A stretch of DNA of 64,000 nt from Phoronis australis (GCA_002633005.1 NMRA01000272.1:1-64000); one strand, 5' to 3'. Positions 39,057-53,204 are shown, counted from the first letter of the stretch. Numbers and translations are program-made. The notes: generated from the sequence alone by a model not told the origin.

Positions 39057-39699
39057 GTAAACAACTTGTCACACATTGGGCTCAAAATAATGTGTATACT
39101 GCGATGTATTTGATGTGACCATGTGATATATTCACAATAAATAATCAAATAATGTCGCACTGACATACATTGTCGCACGGGTGACAGTAAAGTGTGTGTA
39201 TGTCGAGTGCGACAATATATGGCATAACAGGGCCACCGCATAATCACAGTTACTAATAATGGATGTACATCACCCGGGGTTAACATCGCAGATAATGGTC
39301 TATCGTTTCAATCAACTGATGACTGCACCTGTCAATTTTGCAGTAGCGAAAATACGTCTGATCTGAAATTTGCAGTAGTGTACCTCTTAAAACTTATCCA
39401 TGTAAGCATGAATCTGAGCAGGAATGTTATCAGATTCGGAGTTAAAATCAAGCCCGTTGGCCAGGGTCGTGTCGATAAGTAAACAAAAAATGCATTCACA
39501 ACAAAACAATTGTACCAATAACATGACCGACTTTCGGATTATACAAATGTTAGGACAAAATTTCAAAAATGCCGTGTTAAATTTCTAAGCAATCATTACG
39601 CAACGGTAAACACACACGTCTTGCATCTAACTGTGGTCGCGAATGCTCAATTATTGAAGTTTTCAAGATAGCCAACTTTAATGTTGGTAAATTTTTTAG

Positions 39700-40023
39700 C
39701 TGGACCAACAAAGGTTACTATTTCAAGTCGAACCCTGCACCAAGGCATGTTGGGCGTGATGGACCGTGAAGAGGTTACAATAACGTGCAAGACAGATGCA
39801 GTTTACAGACAAGCGATTGTAACGTGGTTCACCGCTATTAGGAATCAAACTGAAGGTCGAGTCAGCCAAGAAATTCGCGGAAACCCACCGAAGACTTATT
39901 ACACGAAATCTCTTGTGATTTTCCCAGCTCTTGATGAAAACAAGGCTCACATCACGTGCTTCTCATCTAACAAATACTCTTCCAACATGAACGCAAGCGA
40001 AACAATCGTCGTTATTGTGAGCC
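39700..40023 (+). CDS. Ig-domain exon 12 (324 nt)
   Basis: tag|CT GGA CCA ... AGC C|gtacgt; VTITC..VTW..ITCFSSN. Confidence 0.87.
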
Positions 40024-40944
40024 GTACGTAAAAATTATTTGCCTTGTTGTAAATACAGTTAGATAACACAAATCTGAAAAAATGACAATATGTAACTCTA
40101 GAAAATTTGGAGAATAGTTTGAAAATAGTTTGAATATTCCTTGTAAATTTACGAACACGACTCAGGCACTGACACAGTTAATCGATAGCAATAGGACAGG
40201 TCGACAGTCGTGAACTACAAGCTCCCTCTTGCTAGGAAATATTTTGACTGAAATAATGTTTTATGCATCTACATATACTTACGTGGGTGCACATCGCAGT
40301 CATTCCTGTACGTCCAACCGCGCGGCTTCAAACTCAAACTTTTCTGTTCCCCAGGCCGAGGACGGATGCTACTACTGTTCCCCTAACGCACATCTGTGTA
40401 CTGTACGCAAAACTGCGGATTCAGTCGTACGCAAAGTAGGCTTGTACTACGCAAGGCCAGGCAAAAATACACAAATTTGAAGCAGATTATTTACCGAGTT
40501 GTTACTGTTATGTGTTAATAATAGAAATGAAAGGATATTTTTAAATTAGCAGTTAAACATATATGTTCATATTATATCTAAAAATGTGAGCTCCGAAGTC
40601 GAAAGTTTTCTCCGTTTCATTCTAAATATAGCATAATAATCGACGAAAGGCAAGGCTTCTTCTATCGATGTTCATCATCACTTGCCTAAACAATAAGCAA
40701 GTACTTCTGGGAATTGTGCGTTGTTTACTTCATTTAATTACGGCAAAATAGGTCTACGCAATGTTATCAAAATGGCAAAGCGTGACAGTCTGTAAAGAAA
40801 ATGGCTTCTGTAAGAAGGAAACATGCTGTGTTTGCTAAGTTATTCCGAAGAATGTCAGTATCTTATGAAAGGGACCGTCAAATTTATATTGCAAGTTGCG
40901 TGGCGCGCTGTTTTCATGTGGGACCACACTGACTTCGGACTTCT

Positions 40945-41090
40945 AACAGTGTGGCTCAGTGGTTTGAGCTCCGGGCTCAAGTTTCGGAGACCCTGGTTCC
41001 AATCCTGACTTTAAAGGCAGATAATCGAATCATAGCACAAATGTGTCGCCTACTCATGGTCTTGCTAATGAGTATGCAAGGGAGAGAGCG
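40945..41090 (+). mobile_element. tRNA-derived SINE head (decayed)
   Basis: Box A-like 'tggctcagtgg' (40952) and box B-like 'ggttccaatcc' (~40996). Confidence 0.45.
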
Positions 41091-41181
41091 AGAGTCTTGG
41101 CAGTGCTCATTTAAAAAAAGAAACACTGATTTTGCTGCACGTCGAGCCGTCGGCAGCAGTCGAGCTTTTTGACAGGTAGTA

Positions 41182-42656
41182 CGGTGGTAGGGGAAAGTGA
41201 CTGGTTTCGTACCACTTAAGGATGCGCCTCTCTGTACGTCAGCCTGATCTAGCCACGGAATCAGAAGCTATGTCATAGCCCTCAGTGGCTTGACAGGTAC
41301 AATCACACATGTGATGTAGAAGAACAATAATAATGCTTTAGCTGCAAAGCACGGTTGCAGAAAAGTCAATAAAAGTACCATTCACGTGACCGGTGTTATA
41401 ATTCGAGCCTTTCAGACATCAGAATCCTGCAGTGATACCATACTAATAATTGTGCATATTTTACCAATCAAACCTTCGAGTGGGCAGCATAAAAACATAT
41501 GAGAACAAACAACGTTTCCGTACGACTAGAATACGAACCTCTGTCTTCTTAAATCTGTGCTAAAAAAACCACAAACATAATAAACCAGCACGAAAATAAC
41601 TTAATGAATCAGTCAACTATACCAATAAGCTACATAACAGTTATAGCTCATTGACTATACTTACAAATTTAAACTGCCTGGTTTATGTAGGTTGATCAGT
41701 GTCTCCGTTGTAATCACAATTATGCAAACATAAAACAACCCCTGCTGGTTCTCAGTGCAATCCGTGTGGGTTCCATCGTTTACAACAAACACATACGCCA
41801 GATTTGATCGTTTTGTCCAAACATACTAGACAAAACGTGTCGCCAGCTTTGCTATCTGACGAACTGACATCTTAGCGGTCATTTCTTTCCCTGGCTTTGG
41901 GTTTTTCTGAATTTTCTTCACCTTTTTACTAAGGTGTCATTGCTTGCGCACCAGCTGTTCTTTCCAGTTTGCTTTTATACGGGCTACTGGTTAGTATTCG
42001 TAACTGAGTCGCCGAATGACACGAGCGACGCATTGTATTTAATGCATTTGGTAGTGGAGAAAGGTCGGACTCTCGTTTATTTTTTCGAGGAGCAACTGCG
42101 TTCTTTAAAGCTTCGTAGTGGCCAACATCACCGTTTCTGGTAAACTGAGGTCTAGATGTCGTCTTATAAAGCTGTAGTACCAGGTTTTATTGGCAGAGTG
42201 TTTGGTTTCGCTAAATTTATGGATGTCATGGGATTTTGCCAATTGATATGTAAGTTCCATAAGATCTTTTGGTGTGATACCAAAGAAAAAAGTGTCAAAA
42301 CTTTTATGTGTGTCACCAAATCGTCTTTTACTTCTATAGGCAAAACTCTGGATCTCCGCGTGACTTGGTATCATGTTTTGAGTACTTATTCAGACCCATG
42401 CGGTAACGGCGATAGTTGGCTGTGGGATACCCAATAGATCAGAAACAGTGTTAAATCCCAATCCTCTATCCATAGCTTTGGGACAGCTGTGCATATCTTC
42501 CGATGATTACTACGACGTCGGTGGCATTTTCTTGAAAAAACAATGGCATGAATACTAAAAAGCAAGAAAAGCAACACATTAGCCTATACAGTAGGCCTAC
42601 CTGTTTGTATCACGCTTTGTTTATCGAACCTCTTGGTCACATGTACCGTACCCCGG
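41182..42656 (-). mobile_element. Internally deleted pogo/Tigger (CENP-B HTH) DNA transposon
   Basis: 'FFGITPKDLMELTYQLAK...ANKTWYYSFIRRHLDLSL' (42105-42374); Cys-rich PHD-like remnant ~41710-41830; degenerate CGG...CCG termini. Confidence 0.7.
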
Positions 42657-42662
42657 TTACCA

Positions 42663-44654
42663 TAGACTCTATTCACGCGGCGGACATAAAAATCCAAAGC
42701 GAGGCTCAAGGCGATAAACAAAGCGGAAATTTACATTGCGCGAGTTAAATGGCCGGTCTTATATCTTAAAAAATGTGTCAATAATTAACCCCAGAGACGT
42801 AGAAAATACAGTTAAAGAACAAGTCAATGCACCAAAGAGTTTTCTGACGAAAGAATATAGGGTTTTTCCGGAAAACTAGGTTCGAAACATGAAAAGTAAA
42901 CATGACCAAATTGCAGCGATCGTAGTGTTACAGATTAGGTATAATGCTGAATGCAGGGTTACGTTTCTTCTAATAAATTCATGATAAAAATGCTTTCTAC
43001 ACGAACCAGGTCATCTGGTCGCATTGTTGACGAGTATAAGATATATTCGACAGTGGTGGCTCATAGCATTTTGCTGTCATGTGCAATTAGTTTCATCTGG
43101 TTTAATTTGTTGATCAAGAGTAGGCCCATTAGCTTCAAGCATAGCCTAGGTCCTGGTGAGGTAGGCACTACCGGAACTAACAGTTGATTTGTCATTGATC
43201 TGAAATAATACTTGATGTTATTAAATATATATTTTGATTACGATAAAAAATTAGGCTCGCAATTGAAAATAAAAATTATATGGCCATCAATTCTGCTTTC
43301 TTGGTTTTAATAATTACGTCTATTTCACGTGATATATTTTTCAAATATCAATCTCGACCAAGTTGAATTTTAAAATTAAAACACCCAATTCTTTCGTCCA
43401 AAGCATATCCTCGTTTTAGAGCTCAATTTCAGTTAACTGGACAGAACACAGTGGCGGATTTAGAGGGGAGCCAAGGGGCTATGCCACAGCCCCCCTAAAA
43501 TTCTTCCAGATTCCATTTGGCAGTTCATGAGCGCGAATTTCTTACTTGCAAAATCCTGGCTAATACTCTGCCTTGCCTCCCCCCTAACTCAAAGTCCTGG
43601 ATCCCCCCTGGAACAAGCATAGTTATCATGTTTTTTCAGAGGCCTCGTTCATATCCGAGGGGAAAGGTGCCTCATGTGTGTGCGGCCTTCTGAGAGGGGA
43701 ACGTTTCGCCGAGTGACGGGTCACTGAAAACTCTACTGACCTCCCGATCACCATCAATAGCACCCCGCCCTTTTGCAAGCTCTCATAGCTCTGTCTCAAG
43801 TAGCATTTTCAGTGGCTGATCTAGGATACCATATAGGCCTAGTGAGGGGGCCCGACATCCTCGGAGAAGCGGGCTAAGCGCGATTGTATGCACGCAGGCG
43901 GCCCGGAAGTTGCGGGCGCCGAGGATGTATACCTTCTGCTCAGGAAATCTGTCGTTGGACTAAAAAAAAATAAAACGGAACGTGTTTCCCCCCCTCGTCC
44001 GCTACCGGTCCTAGCTCGAACTCAGTACAAGTTTCCTCCCGCTTCACGTTTTGCTGGTTTATTTTGCTTGCGGGAGTCAAGTGGGGGGCGGGCCCCTGCC
44101 CCCCCCCACTTAAATCCGCCTATGATTTTGTACTTTTTCAAATTGTCACCTCTGTGGTCACAGGTGATTTGAACCGTTGGAGAGAAATTTTCAATCACAA
44201 AGGGGATTTTTAGGCATCGTGGCCGAGAATTTCGCGTGATTTTTCAATACTTTTGAGAGGGGAATAGGGCCGATATTTGGCCCCAAAATTGAGGGATTGA
44301 GGGCCCTGTCCTTTTTGTAAAGAAAAATGCATCGCGCTTCAACCCGTAGTCCTGAAAACACAGCCTGGCTGGGCCCTCGTTGCTATAGCGGCATCCAGTC
44401 CGGGATGCGACAAATTATGATTCGAAAACAGTTATTAATTAATTTTACACGGAATTTTTTCCTTCGTCGCGGCGTATGGCAAGGACCCAACGCTTTCGAA
44501 TCCCAACGTCCTAAGGGATTGTAAAACAGAGTGTCCGTATTTTTTCTAGCTGTTCGAGCAACGCGGAGTACATCAACTACGCGGATCAGCCACCAGAGCT
44601 ATCGTAGCGAGCCTCGTTTTGGAACGCGCCTCCTGTCGGCGTGAATAGGGTCTA
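42663..44654. mobile_element. TIR element (TAGA...TCTA) carrying two nested hAT-like MITEs (43449-43610, 43810-44124)
   Basis: tagactctattcacgc / gcgtgaatagggtcta; nested cagtggcggattt...ggatcccccctg and cagtggctgatct...aaatccgcctatg. Confidence 0.5.
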
Positions 44655-46966
44655 TACCCGTGAACTGTTGTTTTAGTGTCGTACGACACTCGTGACACTG
44701 ACCTAGTTTCAAACACGAGGGCTGAAAATATCTGGCAGTTGTTACATTTTACAAACTTGCTAAATTTTACCGGGTATCAGAACATTTTTGGAAACAATTG
44801 GGCCATCGTCCCAGCAAATCCGAGGCAACTTTTGGGGGGCAACGGGAACTTTGCATTAAATCCATCTACAGATGTTCAAAAGTCAATTTCGAAACAGTTC
44901 CCAAGAATACACTTGCACGTTTAGTAATAATTTTAATTTAAGTTGGAAAAATTTAGCCTAAACTAATATGTTAGCCACCAGGGGTCAGTGCAAAATGATC
45001 AGAACAGAAAATCAAATGCCAGGAAAATATTGTGTCCGTGTCTTGACCATTCCCAAGTTGTCTGCTTCATGAAAGCATTCATCAGAGGACAGCCAACAGA
45101 TGATATCTTGTTGGCTTGGCTAACTTGTTTACAGCTACTGTCTACATTGAAAAGTGTTAATTCTTGGATGGGTGTGCAAGTAAGTGGCAATTACCAAGGG
45201 TCAAGACCCATTCACCAGCAGGCAGTAGATTGGAATTGAGGAAAGCCAAGTCAAGTGGCAAGTGTCATCATACTGACATACATACAATTCTTGGCATGTT
45301 CCTGAATCATTCTGTGTGACCGCGAACAGCAGTTTTGGACCAGCTAGGACACTGCTGAAACCATGAATTATTGAATGATTTTGCAAGTTCGTGGATGTCA
45401 GGACTGAATGGTGTGTTGCTTCCTGTGACAGTTGACTAGGAACTGCAATGGGGATAATGATAATTAATTATGACAATGAATTTATTGCACAAACGTTAGA
45501 AATGTATGTTGTTCATATGTAGGTTGTGATATCAAGTCTTTATCAAGTTCCAAATGGTTTACACTAGTATTGTTCTTCTGGTAGTTCAGAACATAGTAGT
45601 GTTTTCTGGCCAACAGGAGGCACTGCTAAACATTTTTTATTTGTCTTTTTTGAGCAATTTTCCACCTAATTTCATAGTATTTATCACTTTTCTTGCCCAG
45701 TAACTTCAAATAAACAAAAAACCCAATCAAATTATCATTCAAATTGGGTCTAATGTTGTTGTTTTTTGAAAACTGGTTTTCTGTGTCAAATTTTGCAAAA
45801 GGTCAGAATTTTTAGGTCAAATTTATCGAAAACGTGCGAGTCAAACCTTGTTTTTAGATTCTGAAAGTATAGTAATTAATGAGCCTAAAAACACCAAAAT
45901 TACCTTGCCCCCATAAAGAAGCCACGGAAGTGATTTTCTAAGCTTCCGAGAGTCGAATAGACTATGGCCTAAATATTTTTAGTTTAACAAACGAGCAACA
46001 CATTTGACGCAAGGAACTTTTGTTGTGTCCCCAATTTCGCGGTATGTATTGCTATTCCGGCATGTATTTGCATAAATATTTAATTCCAGCAAGGAAACTT
46101 ACTATTGATTAGGTGGATATTTTTACTACTGCGTCAATCCTAAACTACAATTGTGTCAGAAACCAGTATCCCAGAGAAGGTGACGATTCGGGAATACATG
46201 TAAATGTGACTTCTACAGTAGCATTCCGCTTCCAGTTTTATTTTTGTTTGGAGTGTCACATTGTCAACCAATTTTCTGATTGAATATTCTTAGAATTTGT
46301 CAGGAGTGTTTCTATTTTTATTTGCAGTTATTGAATCTGTCTGAATTTTAATGCAAATAAAGGAGATCAAATAGCGAATCATTACCTTTGGACAATGCGA
46401 TAAGTACATTTAGGACAGCGAAAAAAATAATTACAAGATAACAAAGCCATAGACCCAAAACTTTTCGTCACAACGAGGACTTGACGAGTTCTGGAGGGGC
46501 TTCGGTTAGTTTGACCTGCCCAGGTGACAAGTTTGGTATTGTTGTTCGTTTTTAAAATTTGCCTTTTTATTTGCCAAACCGCTCAGCGAATCATAGTCGT
46601 GAAATCGGCAGATGTACTCGTTTGAGGAGTACGCGGTTTATGGTGCTTTATTAGACAGGTTTATGTATCACTAGGCTCCCTAAGATATTAGTGATCAGCC
46701 GCGCATTTTTGCTGTTTGACATGCACAGGGAATATATACCCTGGAGCGTATCGAAAGTTCTCATTATCATTTTTAGCAAGTGCTAATGGCGCAAAAGCAG
46801 AAAAGTAAAATCATTTGAAAAATGTGACTAAATGTATTCATGCGAAAGTTTTACGGGTGTCTACTGTCCACACGTTGCCCAGTGTTTGTGTTACATATCT
46901 CACTTTCTTAATTGTTAAGTTGCTCAATGCTTTAATGTTGAAAATTTGCAATTCCTTTCCGAGCAG

Positions 46967-47230
46967 CGCGTGTCCAACTGCAAGATGATTCAGCGATACT
47001 TGGGTCGACTTACAGGACGCGGTTAGCGCGTACTTATGTTATCCATTGCCAATGGCTTAGGGCTGCTACAACCAAGGAGCTCAATCAAAAGTTGACAAAT
47101 GCTAAAAATTCGGGTCAGGGTGAACGCCGGACTGTAACCTTCACACCAAGTGCAGAAGACCATAACAAAGTCATTCAATGTTACAGTTGCTGTCCTATCT
47201 ACGCTGTCAACACCTCGTTAGAAGTCATAC
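46967..47230 (+). CDS. Atypical short Ig-like exon 13 (264 nt; alternative acceptor gives start 46964)
   Basis: ttccgagcag| NAGNAG acceptor; ATA C|gtatgt donor; open frame RVQLQDDSAILGSTYRTRLARTYVIHCQW...VTFTPSAEDHNKVIQCYSCCP..LEVI. Confidence 0.65.
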
Positions 47231-47909
47231 GTATGTACTACAACAGTTTAATAAAAAACATCTTAACTGTTGAGTTCTTTGTGCTACAACTCGAACAATT
47301 ACAACATTCCTTTGTTACAGCCGAGAATTATGTGTGGCTCATCAAAGTTTATCACACAGTTCCCCAAAGGAATGATTGTTTTCAAATTTGCTTCACACAC
47401 CACGCGTGTAAACGCCTTTTAGGACCTCGCGTTCGTCAGAAGCGACACCCATCATTGCTTTATGGGCTGGGTTGCATAAAATTTCAAATTTATCGGCTGA
47501 ATAAGTTCGATTGTTGCATGACGTCAGGTGTATTGTTCAACAATAACAGCGTGGGGCGTGATGATGCGACGTCATTGTAGCTATATGGCGTATATACTTT
47601 TATGCAACTGGGCCCTGGTGGATATGTATGTTAGTGTTATATGCAAGAATGTCAGTTGCACATTTTTCATGGAGGCAACTGGCATGATCCTGGTTTAGCA
47701 AAATAATGCTATCTCTCAGTTTTGTCGATTGAAGTACTGAAGGACTCACTTCCTCTTGGCGCCATGGACAAAGATTGCAGGTCACAACTATAACCAATTC
47801 GTGCCCTGTGTGCACCAAACTACACCCGATGGCAGTATTGCTTTGTTTGCCTCTACGATTACAACATTCTGAGCGGATGTACAAATTGTTGCTTTAATGG
47901 GTTTCACAG

Positions 47910-48230
47910 ATGGACCGACAAAAGTCAGCATTAGTGGTGCCGTTCTTTCGGCGGGAAAAATTGAACTCCCAATCAACGTGCCTCTGACAATAACATGTAC
48001 GACCGATGCCGTGTTTCCAACCACCACGGTAGAGTGGGTCACTCCAATAGGTGGGCGTCGTCTGTCAGCTAAGTCGCATGAGATTAGAAAGAAGGTCTTC
48101 ATCGTGTCCAGGCAGTTTACATTCACTCCACGGAAATCGCACCAGGGCAAGTCCATTCAATGTAAGGCAGTGGATGACCGGGGCGTGACGAAAGCCGCTA
48201 CTAAAGTAACGGCAAAGTTGACCACTGCAT
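47910..48230 (+). CDS. Ig-domain exon 14 (321 nt)
   Basis: cag|AT GGA CCG ... GCA T|gtaagc; LTITC..VEW..IQCKA. Confidence 0.9.
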
Positions 48231-48980
48231 GTAAGCGTTTCACCAAATAATAATGATTGTAAAGCGATACACGATGTGTCCTCAATGAGGAGGCATTGGT
48301 AAGTACTTGATTCAATGTTGAGAAACAACAGTATGCTGCAGACATGTTTAAAAGATTTTGGTATTTGTCTTTAGGCTGGTACTGCAAGAGTTAAACCTTT
48401 CATTCACAATACATGAATGCGCTATGAAGTTCTTGTAACACATGGTGTATGAAGGCAAAAACATCCACAATTGAGAAGACGATAATATATATATATATAT
48501 ACTGAGCTAATCAGAGGGTGGAATCAGGCCTCGAGTAACTGCTCTTTCTCCGCCAGTCTCTCTCCCCTCCCTCCCTTCACCCTCTGCAGTATCCGCTGTT
48601 ATTGTAGTTCACATATGTACCAATAGATGCCGTTGACGGAGGTTCAAGGTCAAGGAATATAAGTATGCAAAATGGCCGTCAGTTTATTTGAAGACCCACT
48701 CCGATAAATCCCTGTCATCGAGAGTTACAACACTGCACCCTTCCCCCCCTCTCTCTCTCTCCTCCCTCCCTTCTCTCTCCCTGAGTCTACATGAACTGAT
48801 AAAACCTAGCAACCAGTATTCATTATATTTTCGCAATCAAGAAGTTAAACGGTGAGCATGCAATCCTTTAGCACCTCTGCTTGGTGGCAGATGGAGCGAT
48901 ATATTGCCTGTATTAAAAGGATACTGAATCATTTAAGATTGTCAGTCATTTCATATCCGTTCTCCGAAGACACAAAAAAT

Positions 48981-50030
48981 CGTATCTCAGTTGCCGAATA
49001 AGGCGCAGATTTAAAGCGTTTATCACGCTTGCCGATCTAATGACAGCAATTGTCACAGGGTTTAAAACCAGGCTTAGTGTCCCTTTTAAATGCAGATACC
49101 AAGCTTAAAAGCGTGTAGTTACAGAGGTGTTAACAGCGTTTGAAAGCGAGTGTTTTTTTTTTCGTTTAGTCGGTCCGACAGATGTCACCTTAGTTAACAC
49201 GATGACTAAAGTGGAACTTAGGCGTCCTTACGCGGTTATTGAACACCAAGAAGTGTCAATTACGTGCAAGACGAGCAAGGTGAATCCAAAAGCAAACGTC
49301 ACCTGGATGGTTACCTCTTCCACTAATTTTAGCAGCGCCTATAACATCGAGGATACAGTTTGCACTACATCTCGCGAGTTTCCAGTGTGCAGCCGGGATA
49401 TTGTCTTCACGGGACATAGACGATTGCTGAAGAACCAGTTAACATGTTTTGCGAAAAACGTGGACGCCAGCCAGATAAACGCCAACGACAAAATAGTGAT
49501 TANCGTATCTCAGTTGCCGAATAAGGCGCAAATTTAAAGCGTTTATCACGCCTGCCGATCTAATGACAGCAATTGTATCTGTCACAGGGTTTAAAACCAG
49601 GCTTAGTGTCCCTTTTAAATGCAGTTACCAAGCTTAAAAGCGTGTAGTTACAGAGGTGTTAACAGCGTTTGAAAGCGAGTGTTTTTTTTTCGTTTAGTCG
49701 GTCCGACAGATGTCACCTTAGTTAACACGATGACTAAAGTGGAACTTAGGCGACCTTACGCGGTTATTGAACACCAAGAAGTGTCAATTACGTGCAAGAC
49801 GAGCAAGGTGAATCCAAAAGCAAACGTCACCTGGATAGTTACCTCTTCCACTAATTTTAGCAGCGCCTATAACATCGAGGATACAGTTTGCACTACATCT
49901 CGCGAGTTTCCAGTGTGCAGCCGGGATATTGTCTTCACGGGACATAGACGATTGCTGAAGAACCAGTTAACATGTTTTGCGAAAAACGTGGACGCCAGCC
50001 AGATAAACGCCAACGACAAAATAGTGATTA
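48981..50030 (+). repeat. Near-identical tandem duplication (48981-49502 / 49504-50030) joined at a single N
   Basis: Same sequence restarts right after the N at 49503; about 5 substitutions and small indels. Confidence 0.95.
49170..49502 (+). other. Truncated duplicate of Ig exon 15 (probable assembly or haplotype copy)
   Basis: Identical to 49698-50030 apart from one silent change and one M/I change; ends at N with no donor. Confidence 0.75.
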
Positions 50031-50039
50031 ACGTGTGGT
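49698..50039 (+). CDS. Ig-domain exon 15 (342 nt)
   Basis: tag|TC GGT CCG ... TGG T|gtaagt; VSITC..NVTW..LTCFAKN, plus an extra Cys pair. Confidence 0.9.
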
Positions 50040-52669
50040 GTAAGTTGCATGATACGTTATTGTCATTATTATGGTAGTGACGTGTTCTTCCATGTAACCA
50101 ATAGTGCTAGGTTATGGAAATCATGGAATTTGGCAATGAAGCTAGATGACAAAAATTTACGAGACAAACGTTCATCTTCAACCATGTCGTGGATGAAGAT
50201 TTAAGGTTACTTGGGAACATATCGACAAGACTAAGTATTAAGCGAAATATCTACAAAACAGTAGATTTTAACTTATTGAAAGCACATCAAAAAGCAGAAA
50301 GCGAGTATAATTTGATTATTGTTTTTATACGAAAATGCCATTACATGTAGATGTATCACGTGACATTACTTGTTCATGAAATTTTACCGAAACAGAAAGT
50401 CACATGACAACAAAACAGCGGTATCAGTAACATCATCACCTTAATTTGACATCAATTCTCAATGAGACCTCAAAAATCATATTGCGTTTTTCCAAAATAA
50501 ACATTGTTTTGGTTTCTTTGCATGGAAGGTTAGATTTTCCATCACAAAATCCAGTTTTAGTAACCTTCGTGAAGAGTGGAAGATGTTAAAGATATCTTCT
50601 AGCAGTGTTTTGGAGACAGTGTATAAAGGATTTATATTTGAAAGTTTTATTTCAATCCCATCAACAATTTGTGAGATAGAATGATTCCAAATCAGCCAAA
50701 TTAAATTCTTTATGACCCTCCGAAACCTTAACGTAACAAAGATTTTACAGTACTTTAAAATGCCTTGATATAGTCATATTAACTGGTGTGAAGCTATCGT
50801 ATAGTGGGCTGTTTGAGCGACTGACGTAAACAACACTTCCACTATGGTTGGATGAAAGAACTTCCAAATTACCCACTGAAAAATCGGTTCCAAACTCGGT
50901 GGATAGACACATTGAAATGTAAATAACTTGTTCCTGATCTATGAAGGTGCCGGATATCTGTCTCTGCTATCCCACGCATTTTCAATGTTACTAATACTGA
51001 AACAACATAAGTCCTCTAAAATGTTTCAAGTTAAAGTGGCTGCAAGTCTGCCTTCCATCACAAAAATGTGATTTAAGACACCCATAATTGGCCTCAAATT
51101 GTTTTATATTCAAATTGTAGTTGATTTAAAGGCTTCAGAAGAACATACAGTCCGTTTTTACTTGATAAGAGAGACTAGAATTTGTTTTTTGCGTCGTTTC
51201 ATTCTTTTACGCCGAGCATAGTCTCAAAGAATGTCAAACTGTGTTTTTCGAGCCCAGAAACCACTTATTATCTGACTATGGTTAAAAACGTTTGTAAGAG
51301 TCTAAGTCAAAATTTCGCTCATTTGACAGAATTCGGGTTTATACCCACTTCAGTGTCTGGAAAAAACGAATTGTTTGGAGCATAAAATGTCACGAAAATC
51401 AATTTTTCGACAGTCTATTCGTTTTTTAAACTCTTAATTTCATCGTTTTCTATCGAGCTAGAATTGCTGGGAAATTCAAATGTCCTCGAGTTTAATTGAA
51501 GTTTCAGTGGCTCATTTTTTCGTAAAGTAACAGCAGTGCTCGTGTCGCATAGAAAATGGTAATTTTTCAGAAAATCGAAAGACGGAAGTTTCTCGCTAAC
51601 CAGACGAGCATGCAAATATTTGTATCCATTCAGTATTTGTATTTGTACACTGTTAAAGAGTAAAGAATCTGAGAATTGTGCAGCTAAACAAAGGCTATTT
51701 ATCTCTAATCACATTTTTGTGGACAGCCCACTTATTACATGTACCTCATAACAAACTTGATACAGAAGGAGGCACAGTTCTCACCAGGGTTTTCCTATCT
51801 GAACACACGCCAATAGACTCCACAACCTTTCATCACTCTGTTTAAAACTTTATACAAAAAATGAAAAATTTTGAGTCATTTCACATCACAAACCCAACAG
51901 ATGAGCGCAGCAACTTTATTCTCACTTGTATTTTGGTCCCCTCATTGCTAATGAAAAGCAAGGTAGCTAAACAAAACACTGGTAAAAAACACAAAATTGG
52001 CACTGTGCATCCCAAGACCACCACCACCTCCCTACCAATGCGTGACATACATGTAAGCCAGGCTTAAATTCTGAAAGCAAATTTTCTATCAATTCCAAAA
52101 ATGTGGTCTAAAAGTAATGTGAAAAACTAGTTTTTGCAATTCCGGCTCCTTTAAAGGCTACCTGAAATTTCATCTGATCTCTCAGTCGCTAGCCAGCCAT
52201 ACACAACTGCAACACTGGTCCGACATCTGGAAGAAAAGTGCAGCTAAAGCCGAGCAAATGGTTTCTCATTACCATCATATTCACAAGTACCAACACACTG
52301 CATTCACTGAGCCTAAATGCAACGCCTACCTCTTACATAAACCCAAATCTGGCCATATTTTGAACTAATGTAATATTTAAGTTATTCCACCAAACTTCGA
52401 GAATATGGTGGATAGTCACTGTCATCTTTGGTACTCGTCTCCATCGCATCATCGGTATATTAGTTTCCAAAATACGTCTTAACTGTACATGTAAATAGTC
52501 AAGTTTGGCTACTTCGAACTAAGAACTAGTTCCCTTAGCAATTCGCTGATTGGCTAGTTTTTTTCAGTTGAGCTAGAAATGAAATCGCGTATTTGGTCAA
52601 GATGAGGTATGCGTGAATCCGCACCAATTAGATAATGAATCATAATGAACACTTCAGCCACTTTTCCAG

Positions 52670-52987
52670 TTGGTCCTGACAAGGTTTCACTAGTCGCTGA
52701 CAACAACAACCCACTTGAAGGGGAAATCGTAACACTGACCTGTTCCACTGATATTGTTTACCCAAACGCAACTATTTCTTGGAGTCACTCTTTGAAAGAA
52801 GTTAATGAAGTCGCTCAAGAAAAGCATAAGTTTGTCAATGACCAAGGCCTGCAGACATTTGCATCCAATTCAGCGCTGGTTTTCAAAGCAGATCGAACAG
52901 ACGACGGCAAATCTGTTGTGTGTAAAGGCCAAAACGAAGTCTTGGGTGATGTGCAGAACGCAGCAAGGACTGGAATTCGTGTGGCAT
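52670..52987 (+). CDS. Ig-domain exon 16 (318 nt)
   Basis: cag|TT GGT CCT ... GCA T|gtaaga; EGEIVTLTC..YPNATISW..DDGKSVVCKGQN (most canonical C2-set-like domain). Confidence 0.92.
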
Positions 52988-53173
52988 GTAAGAAAAGTTA
53001 ATAGCTCGGAGACAGTAGTTATTAGTTGCAATGACGATTGCATAGAAAACACAATTATGGCACTGACTTTAGGTTACGTACGACCCTACCGAATGTTCTT
53101 TCTGTTTAACCAATAATCTACAAAAAGATGCACTTTAACTGACTGAAGGTATATATGCATACATAGCCATGCA

Positions 53174-53204
53174 TGTGTGTGTGTGTTTGTGTGTGTGAGT
53201 GTGT
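53174..53204. repeat. (GT)n microsatellite
   Basis: Direct read. Confidence 0.8.

Noticed and set aside
40945-41010. tRNA gene
   Set aside because: A and B boxes are present but no complete cloverleaf; SINE-like.
49127-49537. A 22nd functional Ig exon
   Set aside because: Ends at an N with no donor and is nearly identical to exon 15; treated as a likely assembly duplicate.
50100-52500. Possible old DNA transposon(s) in intron 15
   Set aside because: AT-rich and repeat-like, but I could not define matching termini or coding motifs.
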